DNA of 64,000 nt from Alphaproteobacteria bacterium (GTDB taxonomy: Bacteria > Pseudomonadota > Alphaproteobacteria > CAAHEQ01 > UBA3637). Positions 39,526-47,807 of this stretch are shown piece after piece. The notes beneath the pieces are model-generated. The model was not told the origin of the DNA. It ran no database searches and saw only the letters and a list, made by a program, of their open reading frames with translations. The stretch lies in the NCBI GenBank assembly GCA_017958225.1, contig JAGDDD010000013.1:31863-95862 (forward strand). Direction: 5' to 3'. Within the stretch, counting starts at the first letter, position 1. Each line of letters starts with the position of its first letter. A program made the translations under genes and the position numbers.

Positions 39526-40089
39526 ATGTCGGAACAACCTCGTTTTCCTATGCCTAACAGTTCTGATTTGAATAACATGCCGGCTGCGCATGCCCCGACG
39601 ATTCCTGATGAGCCGAAAGAGGAAGTGGCTCGGGCGTGGGCTGAAGATGCCAAACCTAAAGCGGCAGAAAAAACTATGCCGGACAGCAATGTGGTCGAGG
39701 ATTTGCGCTTGCCTGTGTCTTTATTGAAAACGAAAGTTTTCATTGCCATGATGATTGGTATATTTGTGGTCGGCATTTTGTTTGGTGCGGCTTTGTTCGG
39801 CGGTGGCAAACAAGCGGTCGTCTCGCAAGGCTTGTCCGGTGTTGTGGAAAATCCGGACGCCGAAAAAGGCTTGCGGCGTTGTGGTTATGCGCCACGTGGC
39901 GAACGTTGCGTTTTATATGTGATGAACAATATTCGCAAAGAAATCAAAGCCCAAGAATTATTTAAGTTAGTATCTCAATTGGCCAGTGTGTCCGAGTTCT
40001 TGATTCAGACGGCCAATGTGGGTTATGCCTCGACCATTATTCGGCCGGGTTATTTTGCTCAGTTTGTGATACCTGATTTGAAAAATTAG
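39526..40089 (+). CDS. Hypothetical single-TM protein with a Pro-rich N-terminus (187 aa)
   Basis: Starts 3 nt after the upstream stop. One hydrophobic helix (VFIAMMIGIFVVGILFGAALFGG). Confidence 0.45.
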   Translation: MSEQPRFPMPNSSDLNNMPAAHAPTIPDEPKEEVARAWAEDAKPKAAEKTMPDSNVVEDLRLPVSLLKTKVFIAMMIGIFVVGILFGAALFGGGKQAVVSQGLSGVVENPDAEKGLRRCGYAPRGERCVLYVMNNIRKEIKAQELFKLVSQLASVSEFLIQTANVGYASTIIRPGYFAQFVIPDLKN

Positions 40090-40268
40090 TGCGTTGTCAC
40101 CAACGTATAGTTTTCATCCACAGCGGTTTCTAAAGCGGCTTTATCTTCGGAATAAGCCAACAGTTCTCCGTGTTCTTCACGCAACGTCCAAACAAGACGA
40201 TTGTTGATTACGTCTTTGCGTATATAGACAATTTGCGGTGTATTTTCGGGCGTTTGAGAACTAATCAT
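40086..40268 (-). CDS. Small protein (60 aa) translationally coupled to ibpA, possibly a DUF1150-like Hsp20 partner
   Basis: ATGA overlap with the ibpA stop. This small-ORF-after-hsp20 arrangement is recalled from other alphaproteobacteria, so the call is low confidence. Confidence 0.35.
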   Translation of the reverse strand: MISSQTPENTPQIVYIRKDVINNRLVWTLREEHGELLAYSEDKAALETAVDENYTLVTTH

Positions 40269-40704
40269 CTGTTGTCCATGCGATTTTCTTTTGGGCCGGT
40301 GTGTTAATTTTAATTTTGGTTGTTTTTTGGATATGCGCCGGCTGTTCCAAATCTATGGAAAGCAAGCCTTGTTCCAACGAGGCCGATTTGATTTTCATGC
40401 CTTGAGCCAACATAAAGGAGCGGCGAAATTGCCGATGCGCAATGCCTTTGTATAAAAACTGCTTTTCCGGCTCTTCCATCGGGTGCGCGCAGATAATCAG
40501 TTGATTGTTTTCCAACGCGACTTCCAACTCATTTTCGCTGTAACCTGCAACCGCCAAAGACAATTTCAAGCGACGCGGCGCTATCTGTTCAATGTTATAG
40601 GGCGGATAGTTGGTGTCGTTGCCGGCTTTGGCAAATTGTTCCAGCATTTGCTCTAAATGATCAAAGCCTAACATAAAGGGCGTATTAAATGTCAATCTTG
40701 CCAT
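40261..40704 (-). CDS. ibpA: Small heat shock protein, Hsp20/IbpA family
   Basis: PPYNIEQIAPRRLKLSLAVAGYSENELEV... matches the IbpA alpha-crystallin domain (PPYNVE..., AGF..EL). Confidence 0.8.
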   Translation of the reverse strand: MARLTFNTPFMLGFDHLEQMLEQFAKAGNDTNYPPYNIEQIAPRRLKLSLAVAGYSENELEVALENNQLIICAHPMEEPEKQFLYKGIAHRQFRRSFMLAQGMKIKSASLEQGLLSIDLEQPAHIQKTTKIKINTPAQKKIAWTTDD

Positions 40705-40768
40705 GATAAAACCTCATTGTGTGTTGATAAGAATAACATAGGATGCTCAACACGTTTTTTCAAGAGGG

Positions 40769-42106
40769 TCAGGAATATCTTTGTAAGGACTTGCGCAACG
40801 CTTCGACATCTTCATATACTTTAAGGTCGGCTTTCATGCGTTCCTCGATGGTGCGGACAGCGTGCATAATGGTGGTGTGATCGCGGTCAAAGGCGGCGCC
40901 GATTTCCGGTAAAGAGTGCGTTGTCAGCACTTTGGACAAATACATGGCAATCTGTCTGGGTTGCGCCACGCGACGTTCTTTGCTGTTTGATTTCAAGTTG
41001 TTGGGCTGAATCTGGAAATATTCGGCTGTTTCTTTTTGAATCAGGTCAATGGACAACTCTTTTTCATACAGATTGAGCGTGTCCCGCAAAATCATCTTGG
41101 TGGTGTCCAAGGTAATGGGGCTGCCCAGCAATTGCGCATTGGCGACGACTCGGCGTAACGCGCCTTCTAACTCACGCACATTGGTCGTGATTCGCTCGGC
41201 CAAAAACTCGATGACATCTTGCGGAATAGCGGCGTTCATAGCCTGTGCTTTCGATTGTAAGATGCCGATTCGCATTTCATAGGTGGTCGGGAAAATATCG
41301 ACAACCAGCCCTTGTGCCAGACGAGTCTTTAAGCGCGCGTCAATGTCTTTGAGGGCTAGTGGGGAACTGTCAGAGCAAAGCACAATCTGCTTGCCTTCGC
41401 TGATTAGCTCATTAAAGGTGTGGAAGAACTCTTCCTGTGTAGCTTTCTTGCCGCAAATAAACTGAATATCATCCACCATCAAGACATCCACTTCGCGGAA
41501 CATATCGCGGAAAGACAGCGTATCCTGCGTTTTGAGCGCTTTAACAAATTGATACATAAACTGTTCGGCCGACAGATACAAGAAGCGGCAACCCGGGCGG
41601 CTTTTGCGCAACTCCCAAGCAATCGCGTGCATCAGGTGCGTTTTGCCTAAACCGACGGAACTGTGGATATACAAAGGATTGAAAGCAATGTCGGCAATGG
41701 TCGCGACTCGGCGCGCGGCGGCTGTTGCAAATTCGTTGGGCTTGCCCACAACAAAGTTTTCAAAGGTAAAAGCCGGATTGAGGTGGGACAGATTCGAATC
41801 CGCATTGTCGGTGATGACTTCGGCAACGGGTTCTTCTTCCGGCATTTCAGGTGCCGGCAAAACCGCGAATTGAACCGCTTTGATGGCGGGGTTGATCTGT
41901 TGCCATATGGATGTCATCAAGGCGTCATAAGCCTTATCGACCAGCCAATCACGCATAAAGCGAGTCGGAGCAGAGATGACAATGTTTTCCGCGTCCGTCA
42001 TTTCCGGAGACAACTGAGAAAGCCAGCCTTGCAGCACAGCGTCGCGGGATTCGTTCCGAATCCTTTCACATATTTGCTGCCATTGCTGTTGTAAGTCTTT
42101 CTGCAT
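40769..42106 (-). CDS. dnaA: Chromosomal replication initiator DnaA
   Basis: 445 aa. AAA+ Walker A GLGKTHLMHAIA and the DnaA domain IV pattern at the C-terminus. Confidence 0.95.
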   Translation of the reverse strand: MQKDLQQQWQQICERIRNESRDAVLQGWLSQLSPEMTDAENIVISAPTRFMRDWLVDKAYDALMTSIWQQINPAIKAVQFAVLPAPEMPEEEPVAEVITDNADSNLSHLNPAFTFENFVVGKPNEFATAAARRVATIADIAFNPLYIHSSVGLGKTHLMHAIAWELRKSRPGCRFLYLSAEQFMYQFVKALKTQDTLSFRDMFREVDVLMVDDIQFICGKKATQEEFFHTFNELISEGKQIVLCSDSSPLALKDIDARLKTRLAQGLVVDIFPTTYEMRIGILQSKAQAMNAAIPQDVIEFLAERITTNVRELEGALRRVVANAQLLGSPITLDTTKMILRDTLNLYEKELSIDLIQKETAEYFQIQPNNLKSNSKERRVAQPRQIAMYLSKVLTTHSLPEIGAAFDRDHTTIMHAVRTIEERMKADLKVYEDVEALRKSLQRYS

Positions 42107-42311
42107 ACGAGTCTCTATTTTTTTCTGTGTTGATACTATGATATTACGAGGATGAGTATTTTCTGCAACAAAACTTTTTGCAAAAAATGCAATTAAATTG
42201 CTTGACGCAAAATATCAAAAACGACTCTATATCTTGTTTTTTTCATCACAAGTTCTTGTTTTTTATGATTCTTTTTTTCGAATCGCCCGCGTTAGATTCG
42301 CCACAGGCATT

Positions 42312-42337
42312 AAAAAAGCCCGCATTTCTGCGGGCTT
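42312..42337 (-). terminator. Intrinsic terminator after rpsT (minus strand reads AAGCCCGCagaaatGCGGGCTTTTTT)
   Basis: Perfect GC hairpin plus T-run, 17 nt after the rpsT stop. Confidence 0.5.
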
Positions 42338-42354
42338 GAACGGTGTTTAAACGC

Positions 42355-42618
42355 TTATGCCATCTTTTTGATTTTGGCGTTCAGACGGGAAGTCTTACGC
42401 GAAGCGGCTTTTTGTTTAATCACGCCCTTTTTGGCAGCCTTTGTCAAAGCCGATTCTGTTTTCGGCATTTGCGCCTTGGCGGCTTCTTTTTCACCGGCGG
42501 CGATCAGTTTTTCCAAACTGCGCACGATGGTCTTTAATTGAGCCACATAAGCGGTATTGACGGTTTGTGCTTTCGCGTTACGTTTAATTCTGATTTTTGA
42601 AGAATGATGATTTGCCAT
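42355..42618 (-). CDS. rpsT: 30S ribosomal protein S20
   Basis: MANHHSSKIRIKRNAKAQTVN... S20 pattern. Confidence 0.9.
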   Translation of the reverse strand: MANHHSSKIRIKRNAKAQTVNTAYVAQLKTIVRSLEKLIAAGEKEAAKAQMPKTESALTKAAKKGVIKQKAASRKTSRLNAKIKKMA

Positions 42619-42679
42619 AGTTTTCTGTCCTTTGTAAGTTAAAAGTTAAGATTGTTTTTAGCGGAAAAAAATAAGAAAG

Positions 42680-43024
42680 TCAAGGGTTATTTATCGCAGC
42701 CTTTAATTGCAGGCGTAATGTGGTCAGATCCTTTGTCGCGGAAACGGGCTCTAAAGTGAGGGTGTCTTCCCCGCGTTTGAAGTGATTCTCACCCGCAGAT
42801 TGCCAACCCAATTGCGGCAACGTCTCGTTATAAAATTGTTGTGTTTCTTTCAAAGATGAGGGCGCATACACGACGACTTGTGTCAAGTGTGTGTCGTCGG
42901 TATCAAAGTCAAACACGGATTCGCTTTCGGCGCCTTCCGGCAACGGAATATCGGGGAGATTGGGAATAAAGTCCTGCGCACAGGCTATACTGGCCCATAG
43001 CAGTCCGAGGAAAACGAATCTCAT
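42680..43024 (-). CDS. Hypothetical exported protein (114 aa, signal peptide)
   Basis: MRFVFLGLLWASIACAQ signal. Start/stop overlap with the upstream Sel1 gene. Confidence 0.45.
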   Translation of the reverse strand: MRFVFLGLLWASIACAQDFIPNLPDIPLPEGAESESVFDFDTDDTHLTQVVVYAPSSLKETQQFYNETLPQLGWQSAGENHFKRGEDTLTLEPVSATKDLTTLRLQLKAAINNP

Positions 43025-43761
43025 TCGGTCCGGACCGTGCGTTTTTGATAGAAAATCGTCTTGTGTTCAGCCGGCTCTTCCGGTTGTGCTGTCGTCAGCA
43101 GATCTTCTTCCTCTCCGCCTTCTTCTGTCGCTTCGGCAGAGGCCGTTGTGGGCAAATCGGCGCGTTGGCGTTGCGAGTCTGTCAAGATTCGTCCGAAATG
43201 TTCCAATTCCATGACTTCCTGGTTCAAAGTGGAGACGACATCGCGCATTCTTTCCACTTCTTTGGTCACATTTTCCAATTCGTCTTGCTGACGTTGGCGA
43301 ATCAGGGATAACGAATCGCCCAATGTGCTGGTGGAAGCCTGAATATCGTCAATAGACAAGAACTGTTCAATGGAAGCGCCAAACTTGTCGGCTTCTTCAT
43401 GTCCGTTCAAAGCAGCCAAGGTGGCCCACTTATAGGCGGCTAAGTCGCTTTTCGGCAAAGCCAAGCCCTTGTGATACATTTGCGCGACTTGATATTGCGC
43501 ATCCACGTTGCCGAGTTGTGCGGCGGCCAACAAGCAATAGCCGGCGCCTTGGCGAACATAGCCGGGCTCTTCCAGGAAATGCATACCGATTTCGTATAAT
43601 TCTTCTGGATTCATCAATGTGCTGCCTTCATAGAACGCATTATCACATTCCTGCGGAATAATCATTGTGTTGTCGTCTTCATCAAAGCCCCAGAACACCT
43701 CTTGAGCCATAGCCGGCGCAGCTACCAAAACACACGCGGTAAGCAAGAATTTTTTAAACAT
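43021..43761 (-). CDS. Exported Sel1-repeat (TPR-like) protein with a coiled-coil/acidic C-terminus
   Basis: Signal peptide MFKKFLLTACVLVAAPAMA. Sel1 motifs (AQYQVAQMYHKGLALPKSDLAAYKWATLAALNGHEEA). Confidence 0.7.
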   Translation of the reverse strand: MFKKFLLTACVLVAAPAMAQEVFWGFDEDDNTMIIPQECDNAFYEGSTLMNPEELYEIGMHFLEEPGYVRQGAGYCLLAAAQLGNVDAQYQVAQMYHKGLALPKSDLAAYKWATLAALNGHEEADKFGASIEQFLSIDDIQASTSTLGDSLSLIRQRQQDELENVTKEVERMRDVVSTLNQEVMELEHFGRILTDSQRQRADLPTTASAEATEEGGEEEDLLTTAQPEEPAEHKTIFYQKRTVRTE

Positions 43762-43897
43762 GGTCCCATCCTTTTATATGACTTCTTGGTTAAGAATACT
43801 TCTGATTTTTTTAATATACAGTTAATTTTTATAAAATACTAGTTTTTTCTTTTTGTGTGTGTTAAAACTAGACAAGTTGAATAAGGAGCGTTTGAAG

Positions 43898-46345
43898 ATG
43901 AAACAGTCCACCTATAAGAAACCCAGCCCGCGCGCGTTGGCCGAACGTATTGAACACCATATGAAATATACGCTGTGCAAGCGCATGGAAGAGGCGTCCA
44001 AAGAACATTTGTTTACGGCTTTGGCGTTGGCGGTGCGTGATGTGTGTGTCGATCAGATGTTTTCAACCGCTTCACGCCACGAATCTTGTCATCCCAAGCG
44101 TGTGTATTATCTGTCGCTGGAATATCTGATTGGTCGTATGCTGACAGACACCTTGAAAAACTTTGGTATTTACGATGAGTTGGACCAAATCAAGCTCAAT
44201 ACGAAAATTGCCCTCAAAGATGTGTTGGATGAAGAATACGATCCGGCGTTGGGCAATGGCGGGTTAGGGCGGTTGGCCGCCTGTTTTTTGGATTCTATGG
44301 CGACCTTGGGTTATCCGGCCTATGGTTACGGCATCAATTACCAGTTCGGCCTGTTTCGGCAACGTTTTGAAAACGGCTATCAAAAAGAAAGCGCCGACGC
44401 GTGGTTGGACAGAAGTTCGCCTTGGCTGATTGAACGGTCGGACCGCGCCTGTTATGTGCCGGTCGGCGGGCGTATTCACTATGAGGAAAAAGACGGAAAA
44501 CGCTATCCGCATTGGGTGGATGTAGATCACATTATGGGTGTGCCGAACGATATGCCTGTTGTTGGTTATGGTGGCGAAACGGTCAATTATTTGCGCCTGT
44601 TTTCGGCTTTTTCGTCAACAGCTTTGGACTTGCAAGCATTTAACGCCGGCGGCTATATTGAGGCGGTGGAAAACAAGATCCAAATGGAGACCATTTCCAA
44701 AGTGTTGTATCCGTCGGATTCGTTTGAAGCCGGTCGCAAACTGCGCCTGATGCAACAATATTTCTTTGTTTCCTGTGCGGTCAATGATATTTTGCGTCGC
44801 TTTTTGGAAGAATATGATGATTTACATCTTTTGCCCGAAAAAGTGGTTATCCAGCTCAATGATACGCACCCGACACTGGCGATTGCCGAAATGGTGCGTG
44901 TTTTGATGGATGTGCACGGCTTGTCGTTTGAAGAAGCCTTTGATATTACCTCGCGCACGATGGCCTATACGAATCACACCTTGTTGCCGGAAGCGTTGGA
45001 AAAGTGGTCTGTGCGCCTGTTTGAAGAACAGTTGCCGCGTCATTTGCTGATTATCAACGACATCAATGCGTGGTTGTTAAAGCAGGTGCAGGCGTATTAT
45101 CCGAACGACCCGTCCAAGCGCATTGCGATGAGCATTTTTGAAGAAGGCAACGACAAGAAGATTCGCATGGCTTATTTGGCGATTGCCGGCAGTTTTTCCG
45201 TCAATGGTGTATCCGCGATTCATACGGATATTTTAAAACATCAGTTGGTGCCCGATTTTTACAATATGTGGCCTGAAAAGTTTAATAACAAAACCAATGG
45301 CGTGACGCCGCGTCGGTGGTTGTTGTCGGCGAATATGGGCTTGGCAGATTTGATTTCCTCGCGCATTGGCGACGGGTGGATTACCGATTTACAGCAACTG
45401 CATCAGCTGGAATCGGCCGTGACCGATGAAGGCTTTTTGACACAATTGTGGGATGTTAAAGCTCAAAACAAGCGTCGTTTGGCTGACTTTATTGCCAAAA
45501 CAACGGGCGTGTTGGTCAATCCCGATTCGATTTTTGATGCGCAGACCAAGCGTATTCACGAATACAAGCGTCAGTTGCTCAATGCTCTGCACATTATGCA
45601 TCAGTATTTATCCATTGTGGAAGATGGTGTGCGGTTAGCTTCGCCCAAAACTTATATCTTTGCGGGCAAGGCGGCGCCGGAATACACCGTTGCTAAGTTG
45701 ATTATCAAGCTGTTGAACAATATTGCGATGGTAGTGAATAATGACAAGAAAGTGCACGATCAGTTGCAGGTGGTCTTTATTCCCGATTATAAAGTGTCGG
45801 TGGCCGAGATTATTATTCCCGGCACAGAGGTGTCCGAACAGATTTCTGCCGCCGGTTACGAAGCGTCCGGCACAGGCAATATGAAGTTTATGATGAACGG
45901 CGCTTTGACGGTCGGCACACTGGACGGGGCGAATGTGGAGATTCGGCAAGTCGTGGGCGAAGAGAACTTTTATTTGTTCGGCCTGACCGCGTCTGAAGTG
46001 TTTGACCGCCATAAAAACGGCACGCATAAGCCTTGGGATTATTACAATGGTAACCCGGCTATTAAACGCGTGATGGACGCCTTGACATCCAGCCTGTTCT
46101 CGGAAGATCCGAACTTATTTACGCCTTTGTTTCAAAAAATTATGTTTGATGATTTTTATATGGTGTTGGCGGATTTTGATGCCTATGTCAAAATTCACGA
46201 ACAGATAGAAAAAGATTATCAAGACAAAATGAGTTGGTCGCGCAAATCGTTGATGAATATTGCGTCGTCCGGCGTGTTTTCTTCCGACAGAACGGTCAAA
46301 GAATACGCCGATCAGATTTGGCACATTGAATCGACCTTAAAGTGA
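43898..46345 (+). CDS. glgP: Glycogen/alpha-glucan phosphorylase
   Basis: GNGGLGRLAACFLDS and the pyridoxal-phosphate region (EASGTGNMKFMMNGAL). The ATG at 43898 follows AAGGAG. Confidence 0.9.
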   Translation: MKQSTYKKPSPRALAERIEHHMKYTLCKRMEEASKEHLFTALALAVRDVCVDQMFSTASRHESCHPKRVYYLSLEYLIGRMLTDTLKNFGIYDELDQIKLNTKIALKDVLDEEYDPALGNGGLGRLAACFLDSMATLGYPAYGYGINYQFGLFRQRFENGYQKESADAWLDRSSPWLIERSDRACYVPVGGRIHYEEKDGKRYPHWVDVDHIMGVPNDMPVVGYGGETVNYLRLFSAFSSTALDLQAFNAGGYIEAVENKIQMETISKVLYPSDSFEAGRKLRLMQQYFFVSCAVNDILRRFLEEYDDLHLLPEKVVIQLNDTHPTLAIAEMVRVLMDVHGLSFEEAFDITSRTMAYTNHTLLPEALEKWSVRLFEEQLPRHLLIINDINAWLLKQVQAYYPNDPSKRIAMSIFEEGNDKKIRMAYLAIAGSFSVNGVSAIHTDILKHQLVPDFYNMWPEKFNNKTNGVTPRRWLLSANMGLADLISSRIGDGWITDLQQLHQLESAVTDEGFLTQLWDVKAQNKRRLADFIAKTTGVLVNPDSIFDAQTKRIHEYKRQLLNALHIMHQYLSIVEDGVRLASPKTYIFAGKAAPEYTVAKLIIKLLNNIAMVVNNDKKVHDQLQVVFIPDYKVSVAEIIIPGTEVSEQISAAGYEASGTGNMKFMMNGALTVGTLDGANVEIRQVVGEENFYLFGLTASEVFDRHKNGTHKPWDYYNGNPAIKRVMDALTSSLFSEDPNLFTPLFQKIMFDDFYMVLADFDAYVKIHEQIEKDYQDKMSWSRKSLMNIASSGVFSSDRTVKEYADQIWHIESTLK

Positions 46346-46351
46346 GCGTGC

Positions 46352-47002
46352 ATGGCCGGTCCTGTTTTACGATTTTATGGACGACATCATGGTAAAAGGT
46401 TGAGCGCGGCCCGTCAGGCGCTTATGCAAACTTTTTTGCCGCGCGTGCGGTTTTCGGATGTGGCGTCGTTGCCCAAAGGCGTGCCGCTTTATTTGGAAAT
46501 CGGCTTTGGCGGTGGCGAGCATTTGTTCGCCGTGGCACAGCGTCATCCCGAAGCCTTTTTTATTGGCGCCGAGCCTTTTGTCAATGGCGTGGCCTCTTTG
46601 GTGGATATGCTTCACCAAAACCCGCAGGTGCAAAATGTGCGCATTTATCCGGACGATATTCGTCAAGTATTTGACGCGTTGCCCGATGGCATTTTTGACG
46701 GGATTTTTCTGTTGTATCCGGACCCTTGGCCAAAAGTAAGACACGAAAAAAGGCGCTTTTTGGTGCCGTCTCAACAACAACAGTTGGCGCGCCTGTTGAA
46801 ATCGGATGGGTGGTTACAGGTGGCAACGGATGCTGCCGACTATGCTCTATGGGCGCAACAGGTCATGCAAGAGACGGGCTTATGGCGACAAACGCAGAAA
46901 GATATTCATTGTCCACCGGCCGATTGGGTGACGACGCGCTATGAGCAAAAAGGCCTAAAAGCCGGCCGCGTGCCCAGTTATTTTCTGTATGTGAAAAACT
47001 AA
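46352..47002 (+). CDS. trmB: tRNA (guanine46-N7)-methyltransferase
   Basis: LEIGFGGGEHL SAM-binding motif and DPWPK pattern. Confidence 0.85.
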   Translation: MAGPVLRFYGRHHGKRLSAARQALMQTFLPRVRFSDVASLPKGVPLYLEIGFGGGEHLFAVAQRHPEAFFIGAEPFVNGVASLVDMLHQNPQVQNVRIYPDDIRQVFDALPDGIFDGIFLLYPDPWPKVRHEKRRFLVPSQQQQLARLLKSDGWLQVATDAADYALWAQQVMQETGLWRQTQKDIHCPPADWVTTRYEQKGLKAGRVPSYFLYVKN

Positions 47003-47724
47003 TTGTCCAAAAATTGCCGCACAGCCAATAAGTCTTTCCAAAAAACTTTCTTTTGTGCCGGTGTGCGCAACAGATAGGCCGGATGAAAGACCGCCATAGT
47101 CGGGATATTTAATCCGTCGTAAGTATAGGTCATCCACGTGCCGCGCGCTTTTGAAATCGGCCCTGTTTTTTTCATTAAAGCACTTAAAGCCACTGCGCCC
47201 AAGCACAGTAAAACTTTGGGTTTGACAAGTTCGATATGCTTGCGGATAAAGGGCAAACACATGGCAATTTCCGATTGTGAGGGCGTTCTATTCCCGGGCG
47301 GACGCCAAGGGATAATGTTGGAAATATAACAGTTTTTTTTGCGGGATAAGCCGATGGCATTGAGTGCTTTTTCCAGTAATTGTCCGCTTTCGCCGACAAA
47401 GGGCTCGCCCACACGATCTTCGTCCGCGCCAGGCGCCTCGCCGACGCACATGACATCCGGTTGTAAGGGCCCGACGCCAAACACCAATTGGGTGGCTGTT
47501 TTTTTCAAAGCGCATCCGTCAAAAGACAACAGCAGTTGTCGCAATTGCTCCAAATCTGTGGCTTTTTGTGCGCCGTTACGGGCGTCGTTAATCAAGTTGT
47601 TGAGCGGGTTGAGCGGCTCTGTGGTCGTTGTTTTGGGTTGCAAGCGATTGACGGGTTCTTCGCCGATAGCCTCGGTGACGCCGGCCAACTGATACCACTC
47701 TAAAATGTTTTTTTGCGTGCTCAT
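46999..47724 (-). CDS. Uracil-DNA glycosylase, family 4
   Basis: GEAPGADEDRVGEPFVGESGQLL and HPAYLLR motifs. Confidence 0.85.
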   Translation of the reverse strand: MSTQKNILEWYQLAGVTEAIGEEPVNRLQPKTTTTEPLNPLNNLINDARNGAQKATDLEQLRQLLLSFDGCALKKTATQLVFGVGPLQPDVMCVGEAPGADEDRVGEPFVGESGQLLEKALNAIGLSRKKNCYISNIIPWRPPGNRTPSQSEIAMCLPFIRKHIELVKPKVLLCLGAVALSALMKKTGPISKARGTWMTYTYDGLNIPTMAVFHPAYLLRTPAQKKVFWKDLLAVRQFLDN

Positions 47725-47807
47725 AAATAAAACACTGTATTTTTGCTTTCTTTTGGCTTATACTATATAATATTCCGGTAAAAAAAGCGAGTCTTAAATC
47801 ACAGAAT

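Noticed and set aside
41760-41775. Possible direct repeat of the tRNA-Ser 3' end (GATTCGAATCCGC) as an island att site
   Set aside because: Only 10/13 identity and located inside the dnaA coding sequence, so most likely coincidental. No convincing attL/attR pair was found by eye.
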